The notes under the pieces: generated by a model
The model's input: the letters and a program-made list of their open reading frames with translations, nothing else
Database searches by the model: none
What the model was told of the DNA's origin: nothing
Part shown: in pieces, positions 46,292 to 57,164 of the stretch
How the letters are laid out: the number at the start of each line of letters is the position of its first letter
Position numbering within the stretch: position 1 is the first letter of the stretch
Made by a program: the position numbers and the translations under genes
NCBI GenBank assembly: GCA_963765895.1
Contig: CAVXZB010000047.1
Coordinates: forward strand, 32,001 to 96,000
Direction: 5' to 3'
Origin: an uncultured Nitrososphaeraceae archaeon
Lineage (GTDB): Archaea > Thermoproteota > Nitrososphaeria > Nitrososphaerales > Nitrososphaeraceae
Length of the DNA: 64,000 bases

Positions 46292-47744
46292 ATGACAAAT
46301 CGAATGAAGATAAGCAATTCAAGATCATTGGCTATGTTGGCTGTTATTTTCATGATTATAATTGCGCTAGTCATGTCCGCATCTAATGACGTTATGAATA
46401 AATCCAGCATTAGTAATGGAAGCCGGATTTCAGCTTTGCGTATGGCAGCGCTAGCTAAGGTATATGCTATTAAAACTCCATTGAGCAACGGCTTAGAAAA
46501 TCTTCAAATAATCCCGAGATTGGCCAAGCGTAATGGTGAGACCTTTCAGGAACTAGCAGGTACTCAAACCAGACATGCCCGCTACTCTACCTCATTAACT
46601 GGAAAAGCAGATAAGGAAACTAGTCTTAATAGTTCATTAATAAATTACTCTATGCCTTTGTCTTCATCTTTGCTCACATTAATGAAGTTAAGCTTCAATG
46701 GTAGCAATTATAATAATCATAGTAGCAACGCTAATACAATCAATAACACTTCATCCTCATCCTCGGCCCAACCTTCCAACAGAATCGTTAGAAGAGAAAT
46801 AGTGTCACAAACACAGTTAGCTAGAGAGACGATTCAGAACCGAGGAAGCGTCCCATCTGAAAAAGGCCCTCGTATAGCATTAATAAAACCTACTTTTACA
46901 GCTCCAGCATACGCAAATGGATTTTATAGGTTTTACAAACTTTATGATAGTACACCAGTTGGCAAAAATGTTACTACAGATCTAAACTTATTATCCGTGC
47001 CAGTCAATGCATCATGGTATCCATCATTACCTTACGTGTTTTCAATGTTAAAATTACTTAATGATATCAAAAGCATAAGTCATAATTCTAATATCACGAT
47101 ATATGATGACGCTGCCTGCAGACAATGGCTTTATGTTTACAAAGAACGGGAGTAATGCATTTGACACTGTTATACTAGGGCATCAAGAGTATGTTACACA
47201 GAAAGAATATAATAACTTGAAAAGATTCGTTGCGGATGGTGGAACTATGCTTATCTTGGATGGTAATGTATTTTATGCTGAAGTAAAATATGACCCTGTG
47301 AAGGATATTGTTAGCTTAGTCAAAGGCCACTATTGGGCATTTAATGGTAGAACTGCGTGGAAAAGTGTTGCTGAGAGATGGAAAAACGAAACCTCCCAAT
47401 GGGTTGGAAGTAATTATCTATGTTTTCAGTGTGTAAAATCATTCCAAAATAATCCATTTGGCTATAAACCACATGAAGAACAATATCTAGACAATCCACA
47501 TGATGTAGTGCTGTTTAACTACAATGCATCAATCCCTAGAACCTATTTTCCAGTGTCATCCTCATCTGCGTCAGTAGGACAAGTCCAAACTAAGCCTATA
47601 ATTGCCACCTACGAACTTGATTACAAAAAAGGACGAGTAATTACACTGGGAATATACTCTGATGACATTGTTACTAATAGTAAATTTGATAACTATTTTG
47701 AAAAGCTACTATTGAAACAGGGAATCGCCGACATATCGGACTGA
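46292..47744 (+). pseudogene. exported protein with N,N-dimethylformamidase beta-subunit-like/GATase-like domain, frameshift near 47110
   Basis: IALIKPTFTAPAY..GFYRFY; VILGHQEYVTQKEYNNLKRFVADGG..LILDGNVFYAEV. Confidence 0.7.
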
Positions 47745-48181
47745 GCCAACTAAAGCATCCTTATCTAAGATTTGTTAGCCAGGGGAACTCAGTTAAGGTA
47801 GGGTTAAAGCCCAGTGTAAGTTGCTTCTTTTGTATTAACAAAATGTCAGACTTACAGTACATTGTATGGCAATAAAAATGCCGTTATTTTCTATATATCA
47901 GATAAGAGTATATTTACAAACAGCTGTGCCAGAGGACTGAGATTTGAAGGTAGATAGATACTTTAGACTGCAAAAACTGTTTTGATAGATGATTAGTATA
48001 TATGTACTATCCAATGGATCGATCTGTGCTACTAAAATATAGATAAACATAGATAATAGAGTCACTATCAGTAAAGTGCCAATTCGAATTTCTTCTGAAA
48101 TATGAATATTATTTTTTATTGTGATCTATGTGCTAAATTCCATATTATAATGAGCATATCTAAATTCTTTTTGTAGAATTT

Positions 48182-48400
48182 TTAAAGCCCTTTGCCGCAT
48201 AGGTCACAATAGTATTGACCGCAGGTGATGCAACGTACAAGAGCAGTATTTGTTTCGTTAGCTGTTATTGTAATAAAGTCATGCTCATGAATTAGTTTAT
48301 TCTTATACTGTACTGCAGTATCATGTATGTCTTCTCCTTCCTTCTTGGCTACTCTGTATTTGGGTGATCTAATTACCTTTATGTATTGATTGTTACGCAT
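48182..48400 (-). CDS. Cys/His microprotein, HDF-CxxC-x3-CxxCGK family (paralog 3)
   Basis: IHEHDFIT...LVRCITCGQYYCDLCGKGL; TATA-like box at 48421-48430. Confidence 0.72.
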   Translation of the reverse strand: MRNNQYIKVIRSPKYRVAKKEGEDIHDTAVQYKNKLIHEHDFITITANETNTALVRCITCGQYYCDLCGKGL

Positions 48401-48426
48401 AGAGGTTACATAGAAACAAGTTTTAA

Positions 48427-48463
48427 TAAAGTCATGCTAAACCATGTAAATTAACATAGTTAA
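48427..48463. promoter_or_regulatory. conserved upstream element ending in the perfect palindrome TTAACATAGTTAA
   Basis: Palindrome at 48451-48463; homologous to 23385..23421. Confidence 0.65.
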
Positions 48464-49729
48464 GACCACGATCTAATTATTGACAAAAAGTCTGCTCAAA
48501 TGATTAATGTTGCGTTATAACAATAACGAACTTGTACTTATCATAGTTAACCTGCTATTGTCTAGGGATTCCTTTTAAGTATACGTCTTGGTGCAGACAA
48601 CCTTGTACCGCAATCTTCATCTTGTCGATAATTTATATTTATGTGGTATTTATAATGTTATTTCAAAGCCTTAATTTTATTTACAAATACTCAGAAAGTG
48701 TTCTCTTTGTCGTAGCTCTATAAGTTCTTTGTGACTGAATATGCCATACTTCTATTCATAGGGAAGAACACTAATAGCGTTATCACTAATGGATAAGGAA
48801 AGTAAAAAAATTATTGGATAAGGTTATTTAGTCGTCATTTTTATTTAAAATTTAATATTTATTGTAATAATGTTATAAAATAGTATTGGATCAAGGAATC
48901 CTTAAAAATTTGCCGCCAGGATTTTCTATGAACGTTAATCAACATTGCTATCCTAGTAAGCCAAGTCCAAATGGATTAATACAAAACCAGTGCTTTGTAT
49001 CTAATACTCAAAAAACCAATTTCCATTAGTCGATAAATTGTGTATCATCAGCCGCTAGTTAGAACTCAATCCCATCAGGTTTGGTGGATTGTTGGGACTG
49101 AATCCAGCATCGCCAGCGACAACACGAATACGATTCGTTATGTATGTATCGTTAACCTACCTTATAGGTTTTATTTGTCTATGAATCGTCGGTGATCAAA
49201 CAGGAGTCAGAAAATGCGATAATCTGGTTTGCCCTTAAAGTAGGCTACTGGAATCTTGTTATACAGAAGCTATTAGACGAGAAAGTGGCTGGCTTTACAA
49301 GACCTTGACTGAAGGAATATTAAGGATATTATGTTTATGGAATCCAACCACTTATACAGCATAGATCACGGGTTCATAGATCACAGTAGATAAACGTAAA
49401 CACCAAACTGATCAATACTAGACTAGTAACAGTATCGAATCTGAAGAGTGTTATAGTAGAGTACTCATGTTGGACAGTCTAGAAAGTTTAGGGGTTTGTT
49501 CTAACCGAGATAATAGTTAACGCTACAATGAGGCAGCAAACTCTAGTTGGGACCTAAATTCATATCGTATGATTTACAAACCACTGTTATTGCAATTAGC
49601 TTTGTTGACCGAGAGTAATAAAGTGCTGTAGAATACCTAGTCCGAATTGCTATAATATTGCGCCTACAGCAGTCTTATTCACCAAATCAAAATCAAACCA
49701 ATCAAAAGCAAAATGCTCACTACTTATAT

Positions 49730-50297
49730 CTATTTGGGAGATAATTGTACCCTTGCAACTAAGTCGTTAGTGAATGGAGGGACATGTGATGGCGTGCTGA
49801 CGTCAGTAAATCCTCCTTTTTCAGAGTAGTAAGAATATTTGACATTATAATCCGTCAGATTTATGACACGTTCTATTGGAGATCCTGTATGATTGTCGAC
49901 TACTGCAATTGTCTTGTTAGTAGGTGAATAAATCTTCATGAAGTCAGCCATGGTGAGCCTGATAGGTCTTATATACTCGATATGCAGTTTGTTTCCAACC
50001 ATGTCTGTATGTATGATATGTAGGCATTCTTTTCCAGCGGTCTGAGTCTTACCGACTCCATTTGGAAGCTGTTCTTGAGTAACCATTAACGACAACTTGA
50101 ACGATTGGATATAGGTTGAAACTATCGACGTTATGCGCCTTAAGACAGATCCTCGTAGGTATAGGTGGAGGAGCAAAATGAGGAATTATAACTAAGGCGA
50201 CTAATAATGATGCACCCATTGCAATAGGGGCTATCAAGATCTCCTTTTTGCCCAATCTCTTGGGAGGTTTCTCTTCCTTCACCTTACGCTTAGGCAT
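49730..50297 (-). pseudogene. membrane-anchored hypothetical protein, frameshift near 50080
   Basis: MPKRK...TM...CLKAH...VVVNG joins QEQLPNGVG...CLHIIHTD...LHIE. Confidence 0.6.
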
Positions 50298-50880
50298 TCC
50301 CCTTTTTCTTAGTAAACTCCCGTCCTTTATTGCTATTATTTCTTTACGTGTAATCCACATCTTATTAATATCTCCAACAGTTGGAATTAATAAAAAATAG
50401 ATAATACGACAAAGCCGGATATTGCGCAAACATCACAAACCTGATACTTTTAACTTTCTACGATTCTTCCTTGTTCTTGTCTAAACTTAGTAGCAGTTTT
50501 CTCATTTTTGCTATTTCTTCAGGTGATTCTTCAATATACCCGGTCGTTCCAGCAGTCTAGACAGGTACTCCCCATAATCGTGAAAGATAACAGATTCCTC
50601 TTACATTTTTTACATGCATAAAATGAATTAATTTGATTGTACATAGGTTAGCTAAACTGAGGAAAGTTATAAGTACATTGCATGCTTTCCTATAGTTGAT
50701 TAGTCCCTACAACACTCCTTTTATACCCTAGCTAAACTAGTTAGCGATAGTTTAGACGATATAATTGTATCAAATTATATATTATTACTAACCTTATCAT
50801 CAGCGCAGCAGTTCCTCTACGGTTCGTGCATTCTCTTATTTGTCATTTGTATGTGCAACTGTTTGGGCTGCATAATTGAT

Positions 50881-51309
50881 TTATTGCGGTTCCAGAATTA
50901 CTTTTCTTGATATTCTTTCTAATGCTTCTTGAGTTCCATTCAAGATGTGCCTTTTTATAATTCGAGTGAAGATTACAAAAAGGCCGTTTATCGTGATGTC
51001 CCATTCTACGTCAATTCTAGTAGAATTATTTTCAATAGCGCTAAGTGCAATCGTTTTCTTGCCTTTCATTGGTCCTTCGATTATTTCTATATTGATTGAC
51101 TTTTTTGGATCTATTGTTACGATCTCTCGGCATACCGAATTTCTGAAGGCTATTACTACCTCTCTTTCGACGGTGTTTTCTGTTTTGCTAATATTTTTTA
51201 TCTGCCTAGTACCTCGCCAGAAGTCAGGGTCCCTATCAATATCGGAGATAACGTCCCATACTCTATCAATTGATGCTGCCACTATTCTATAAGCGTGAAT
51301 TAGTACCAT
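50881..51309 (-). CDS. SRPBCC/polyketide cyclase (START-fold) protein
   Basis: ASIDRVWDVISDID..PDFW, IIEGPMKG, TRIDVEWD. Confidence 0.88.
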   Translation of the reverse strand: MVLIHAYRIVAASIDRVWDVISDIDRDPDFWRGTRQIKNISKTENTVEREVVIAFRNSVCREIVTIDPKKSINIEIIEGPMKGKKTIALSAIENNSTRIDVEWDITINGLFVIFTRIIKRHILNGTQEALERISRKVILEPQ

Positions 51310-51494
51310 ATCTTTTCACTATCCAATCATGAGTACATATACATACTGTATATCATTTTTATTATGGGCTCATTTACTAACATTTCCTGTTGATAGTCTA
51401 AGACAAGATAAACACAAGGGTAAAATAGACACAAACAGACCGAGAAATTTGGTTCATCTTTTTATGTGATATATTCTGATAACTATTTATTCTA

Positions 51495-52454
51495 TTGAAG
51501 CAAACTATCGACTTTGGACTACATCTACCAATTATAAAGTTTAAAGGGGAAGCAGATCATTCTAGAGAGCAAATACTTTCTTATGCAAAAAAAGCAGAAT
51601 ATCTAGATTATGATTATTTAGGAGTAAATGATCATATTGTGTTTAGAACAACAAGTTGGCTTGATGCATTAACCACATTATCTGCAGTTGCTGCTATCAC
51701 CAGTAGGATAAAAATTGGGACCTCTATATTGAATATAGTTGCAAGAAATCCAATTGTCTGTATCAAGGCTTTGACTGGGATAGATATTTTGTCCTCTGGG
51801 AGACTATTCGCAGGAGTTGGTCCTGGTTCATACAAAGTAGATTATGATCTTTGCGGAATTGCTTTTGAGGACAGGTGGAAAAGATTTGATGAATCATTAC
51901 AAATTCTAAATTTACTTTGGAAACAGGAGAGTGAAAATGAGCTAGATTATAATGGTAAGTATTACAAATTCAAAAGAATAGTCGCTGCACCAGCACCAAT
52001 TCAAAAACCCCATCCCCCCATATTGATTGGAAGCTGGGGCTCGTCAGAACCAGGACTACGAAGAGTAGCAAAGTATGGTGACGGATGGATGGCATCGGCT
52101 TACAATATAACACCAGATAAATTCAAGGAGAAATGGAAAACTCTATTATCCTATAGGAAAGATATGGGCAAGGATACTGCTGGATTTGGTAATCATCTTG
52201 TATCGATGTTTGGCTATATTGATAATAATAAGGAAAAAAGTCACAAGATAGTAAATGATGTATTATCTCCTGTACTTGGACGGCCTGCAAATGAGTTAGA
52301 GAGATTGCTTCTCTTCGGATCTGTAGATGAATGTATAAAAAAGATAAAGGCTTTTCTTGAAGCAGGAGTAAATAGTATTCACTTTTGGCCAATAAACAAT
52401 TACATCGAACAAATAGAGCTTTTCAGTAAAGAAATAATCCATTCTTTTCGATAG
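51495..52454 (+). CDS. LLM-class flavin/F420-dependent oxidoreductase
   Basis: VNDH, TTLSAVAAITSRIKIGT, DILSSGRL..GVG.G, PIQKPHPPILIG, GDGW. Confidence 0.92.
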   Translation: MKQTIDFGLHLPIIKFKGEADHSREQILSYAKKAEYLDYDYLGVNDHIVFRTTSWLDALTTLSAVAAITSRIKIGTSILNIVARNPIVCIKALTGIDILSSGRLFAGVGPGSYKVDYDLCGIAFEDRWKRFDESLQILNLLWKQESENELDYNGKYYKFKRIVAAPAPIQKPHPPILIGSWGSSEPGLRRVAKYGDGWMASAYNITPDKFKEKWKTLLSYRKDMGKDTAGFGNHLVSMFGYIDNNKEKSHKIVNDVLSPVLGRPANELERLLLFGSVDECIKKIKAFLEAGVNSIHFWPINNYIEQIELFSKEIIHSFR

Positions 52455-53347
52455 GCAATTGATAGATTTGTTCGTGAATCCATCAGGAACGTCTGAGAGA
52501 ACAGAAGCCCGATTGTCAACCTATATCCTCTTATTGCTATCAACTGATAATAGCAGCTATATGATACAAAACGAAGAGCATTTCATAATTGTAATGAATG
52601 TTCAGCATAATTATTTACAAATTCTGGTCCTACAAATAAAGATACTCTGAAGGAGGTTTCATATAATCTACAATGTCGCTGAAACTACAAGAATTGCTTT
52701 CATGTATATGGTTGCAATTTGTCTTGAGAACAGGATTATGAAGAGCATTAGGAAAGAGAAGTAAGGTGCAGGATGTTGAATATAGGCTTGATTGGTGGAA
52801 TACAATAATTAATCCGGAACTACTATAGAATAATTCATAAGTATTTATTTTTTATTATAACTAGTCTTCCATTATTGTTATTATTATTCTACATCACTAA
52901 ATTAACTATCTTAATATAGACCCGCGAGATTTCAAAAATGATGAAAGATACTAGCATGAATTAGCCTAATATCTTAAATCATTTAGCAGGGCTTCTCTGT
53001 TGTAGTCGTACAAAATTGAGACAAAACGAATCTAAGAAGATAATTGAAGATAATATGAAAAATTGATTGTTGTGCATGATAGTGCATTCTAAGTATATAT
53101 TAGTGCAGATCGTACGATTTATCGCACGTTATGACGAGCAAACAAACTTACTATTCTATCTTAACGGAAGAAGGGTAAAGTGTTCTTGATTTTGGAACGT
53201 GCAGAAATATTACTAGTTATTTTCGATCTATCATATTAGGATTTTCCTCAAATCTGCATTATTGATCTGATCGTTGGATTGTGTTAATGGCCAATTCAGG
53301 GCCCAACCATTTTTCTCTATGGAATTCTTTACAGGAATATCATATTG

Positions 53348-54386
53348 TGCTTTGTTGCATGATTTATTATGTTGTAGGTATTGCTTATTTGACCAATCTG
53401 CATTTAGCTTACCAGTAGTAATTATGTAATAATTTGATTGACTGGCCTTCGTACAATGAATCACTAGTAAGACGTGGTCAAGTACTCTTGGATTATGATG
53501 TACTTGATGGTTGGGATCATGAATTATCTCAAATGAACCATGGTAAGGTTGGTGAACCATACGCCTACCCAGATTCATTTATTCAGCTCCTAGGCTACAT
53601 GAGAGCATATTTCCATCTACCATATAGACAAACACAGGGTGTAGTCATAGCTCACGCAAGTACTAAAGTACCATGCATACCAGATTATAGTACCATCAAT
53701 AGACGTATAAACAAACTGGAAATTAAAATCAATGAAAGATTGGGAAATGATATTGTCAATGCTTTAGACAGCACTGGCATTAAAGTAGCTAATCGTGGAG
53801 AATGGATGCGGCATAAATGGCATGTTAGAAAAGGATATCTAAAGATACATGTGGCAGTTGACATCAAGAGGAAAAGAATCCTGTCCTTGGAAGTAACAAG
53901 TGAAGAAGTACATGATGGTAAGATGTTAAGTAAGTTGGTAGACAATGCTTCTTCTTCTTCTTCTTCTTCTTCTTCTTCTGCTGCTGGAGGTAATCATGTA
54001 AAAGGCATATTAGCAGATGGTATGTACGACAGCAATAACAATTTTAGATACCTATCAAAGAACCACATTAAGCCTGGTATAAAGACAAGAAGTAATTCCA
54101 AGGTTAGACCGACTAACTGTCATGCTAGGAATATGTCTGTAATGAGACAACATGCAAACCTCAAAAGATGGAAGCGCAGAGTGAATTATGGGTACAGATG
54201 GATGGCAGAAACTGCCTTTTCATCTATTAAAAGAATGTTTGGTGAACATGTAACAGCTAGAAAATTTCCTAACATGGTAAAGGAGATCTTTCTAAAGGCA
54301 ACTCTGTATAACATGTTCAATCAAATGGCATAATCATAATCATCTGCATAAATGAATTAAATCCTAATTGATCATGCAACAGAGCA
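53348..54386 (+). mobile_element. complete IS5-family insertion sequence with 16-bp terminal inverted repeats and 8-bp target duplication
   Basis: IRL TGCTTTGTTGCATGAT (53348-53363) and IRR ATCATGCAACAGAGCA (54371-54386), 15/16 match; TCATATTG at 53340-53347 and 54387-54394. Confidence 0.95.
53434..54333 (+). CDS. IS5-family DDE transposase
   Basis: WPSYNESLVRRG, LPYRQTQG, DSTGIK, KIHVAVD, ADGMYD, RWMAETAFSSIKR. Confidence 0.95.
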   Translation: MIDWPSYNESLVRRGQVLLDYDVLDGWDHELSQMNHGKVGEPYAYPDSFIQLLGYMRAYFHLPYRQTQGVVIAHASTKVPCIPDYSTINRRINKLEIKINERLGNDIVNALDSTGIKVANRGEWMRHKWHVRKGYLKIHVAVDIKRKRILSLEVTSEEVHDGKMLSKLVDNASSSSSSSSSSAAGGNHVKGILADGMYDSNNNFRYLSKNHIKPGIKTRSNSKVRPTNCHARNMSVMRQHANLKRWKRRVNYGYRWMAETAFSSIKRMFGEHVTARKFPNMVKEIFLKATLYNMFNQMA

Positions 54387-55224
54387 TCATATTGGATAAA
54401 AAAAATCGTATATATGTGCTTTTATATCTTCGGCATCGGTTAATACATGGGAAGCGCTTGGACACGCAGATACTCCGCCCCATTAATGGAGATTATAATA
54501 TTCAGCGGCCTCATCAACGGCAGGTCCAATTATCATATTCGGAGATCGATAAAATGTTCCTACACTCAAACATCCTCTAAAAAGAAAATCATGCTGAATA
54601 GCAATTCGGAATAATTTAATTAATATTTCACCTGTCAACATAATTGTCCACCAAGTGGAATCACGTCCCTGATCACTTCCAACATCTCTTTTGTCTATTG
54701 GAAGACTAAGCATTATAGTATCTGAAAATGCTTCAAATTAGTTTCTTTTAAGGAACCATATTTAAGTTTATTCTTTAAGGATTCAATTTCCTTCGTATAT
54801 TCTTCATACAATAATTCCCAGCTTTCAGTGACCCCCTCAGGATTTCTAGTCTTCCAAACTCCTTTTATTCCCAAGGCATCTAGTAAGACTATAATCCTAT
54901 CAACCGTTTCAAATCTAATTTTTGCTTCCACGCTATCTGAAATATTTACATTATCGGATAATCCCCTGACGATCAACTTATGTTCTCGCTGATCATTTGG
55001 GGCATTACCATCTTTCAATTTCGATCTAAAGTTAGACTACTACGTATTAAATTTGCTTCTTAATGGCAAATACAGTCATCATTACAGAACGGTACTCAAG
55101 TAGGTAATCGCATTCACATTGAAATTGGAGGATAATCACATATGGTATTGGTTGAGTCCGCTGTATAAAAACAGATATCATGAATCCAAGTATAAATATA
55201 AGGATTACTTAGAAGAGCAAGTAG

Positions 55225-55360
55225 AAAGAATTGGAAGATTACATCAGTTTTTAAGACAGCGCGAAAGTACAGGATGATGCTATAACAACATTTGCCAGAC
55301 TAACTTGTAGCTATTACAAGTAGATTATAGGAACTTGAGAGAAGACAAATAATATCGTAG
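55225..55360 (+). repeat. dispersed degenerate coding relic, copy 2
   Basis: TAAGACAGCG...GATGATGC...GAGAGAAGACAAATAA shared with 36690..36834. Confidence 0.6.
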
Positions 55361-55596
55361 ATTATTATCAGCAGATTAACATTCTACATTCCTAATACTT
55401 ATGCCATCATCTATATAGTCACTGATGTTATGCTCCTCATTCAGATGGGCCGATTATTTCTGATCCAAGATCTTCCTGAGATGTCTAAACTGTTTTAAAT
55501 CTGATCTATATTCCGGAGATATCGTATTAGACGGTTTGATTATTTGATCAAGGCACACTATACGATGGTGTCTACGTTAAGTCAGTATGTTAATTA

Positions 55597-57081
55597 ATGG
55601 CTCATACTGTACTATTACTTATCATGACAAGCAAACAGACTTGCGGTTTTATTTTTAATCGAAGAGCGTCTTCTATATCTATCTTAATCATAGCTTTGTT
55701 GAATATCACAACAGTCATAACACCTTTTGTTAATAATGGGAATATTGCCTTAGCTCAATCTAGTCAACCACAACGGCAAAACCTACTACCTTCATCTTCC
55801 TCATCTCAACAACCAAAAACTCATGAATATACTCTGATAGCAGAAAATACCACACTTGAAATAGCTCCTGGAGTTCGCGTTGATGCCTGGACGTATAATG
55901 GTACTATCCCAGGACCAACCATAACAGCGACTGAGGGTGATAGAGTAATAATTCATTTCATTAATAAAACTCCTCTCCCACACACAATTCATTTGCATGG
56001 AGATCATCCTAGTCAAGAGGATGGAGTATCTGAGATAGTACCACCAAATGGTACATTCACTTATGATGTAATTGCGCAGCCAGCTGGCGCTTTAGCATAT
56101 CACTGTCATGTATCACCAGTAATGCAGCATGTCAGAATGGGACTGTATGGAGCATTTATAGTATATCCAAAAACTCCATTACCACCTGCAAGAGAATATG
56201 TTTTAGTTGATGGCGAATATGATACTCAAAACCAATTAAATCCACTGCCAGAATATTACATGTTCAATGGTTATGCAGATCAATACATGACACATCTTCT
56301 TCCAGCTAGAACTAATGAGACTGTTAGAATATACCTTGTAAATATGGGTATGTCTCCTGCCTATGGTATGCACATTCATGGAACCTTGTTTAAGGCCTAT
56401 CCTTCTGGTATACTACAGAATCCTCCGTTCATGGTGCAATCGTGGGAGCTAGCATCAGGTAATGCTGCTGTATTGGAGGCAAAATGGCCATGGCCAGGTA
56501 AATTTACATTCCATTTCCATGGTATACCTGAGGAGAGAGGAGCTATGGGATTCTTTAACGTGACAAATGCTCCTGCAGGTGCGATAGATGGAAAGGATAT
56601 AGCTATCACAAAGTCTATAAACATGAATGATTGGCAAATGAACCTAACAAGGAGCCTTCAGAAAGCAGATCCAAATGGGAAGATCACAACCACAAATACT
56701 GGTGAACACCATGGAATGCAAATGGGGATGAAACAACAACATGCTCCTTCTCCATCTACAAATAATAATAATAATAATAATGCAATACAAGTATCAATTG
56801 TAAAAGGGGCAGCTACCTTGGCTAACAAAGCTTTTTCACCTGATCATGTTAAGATAAAGGTTGGAAATACAGTTATTTGGACTAATAACGACAATAATAT
56901 ACACACAGTTACTTCAGGTGTAGCTAATACTCCTAATGCAGGAGAAGTATTTGATTCAGGCTTAACATCTCTGATAAGTCCATCTAAAACTTATTCCCAC
57001 AAGTTTACAAATGCAGGAGAATTTACTTACTTTTGTAGACTACATCCTACCATGGTAGGAGAAATAGAGGTGACGCAGTAG
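55597..57081 (+). CDS. exported two-domain multicopper oxidase with C-terminal cupredoxin
   Basis: HTIHLHG, YHCHVSPVMQHVRMG, MHIHG, FHFHG; tail NIHTVTSG...YFCRLHPTMVG. Confidence 0.92.
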   Translation: MAHTVLLLIMTSKQTCGFIFNRRASSISILIIALLNITTVITPFVNNGNIALAQSSQPQRQNLLPSSSSSQQPKTHEYTLIAENTTLEIAPGVRVDAWTYNGTIPGPTITATEGDRVIIHFINKTPLPHTIHLHGDHPSQEDGVSEIVPPNGTFTYDVIAQPAGALAYHCHVSPVMQHVRMGLYGAFIVYPKTPLPPAREYVLVDGEYDTQNQLNPLPEYYMFNGYADQYMTHLLPARTNETVRIYLVNMGMSPAYGMHIHGTLFKAYPSGILQNPPFMVQSWELASGNAAVLEAKWPWPGKFTFHFHGIPEERGAMGFFNVTNAPAGAIDGKDIAITKSINMNDWQMNLTRSLQKADPNGKITTTNTGEHHGMQMGMKQQHAPSPSTNNNNNNNAIQVSIVKGAATLANKAFSPDHVKIKVGNTVIWTNNDNNIHTVTSGVANTPNAGEVFDSGLTSLISPSKTYSHKFTNAGEFTYFCRLHPTMVGEIEVTQ

Positions 57082-57164
57082 TAGAATGGATATAACCTAT
57101 TGCAATTTTCTACTAATACCAAGCGAAGTAATAAAAGATGGCGTAATTATAAGGCATCAACATA

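Larger units (their letters stand above)
53161..55018 (-). pseudogene. class III nucleotidyl-cyclase-like gene, frameshifted and interrupted by IS5
   Basis: VLLDALGIKG, AFSDTI, FRGCLSVG, IIGPAVDEAA; C-terminus QYDIPVK...WALNWP resumes on the far side of the IS. Confidence 0.65.

Noticed and set aside
49081-49125. tRNA-Ala-like 3' end on the minus strand (...GGATTCAGTCCCAACAATCCACCA)
   Set aside because: T-arm pairs poorly and no cloverleaf can be built; too degenerate to call
53231-53578. 115-aa minus-strand ORF as an independent gene
   Set aside because: Chimera of the IS left end and the C-terminus of the interrupted cyclase-like gene
55597-57081. Calling the copper oxidase nirK
   Set aside because: Four HxH motifs fit a trinuclear-cluster oxidase rather than the NirK type-2 site
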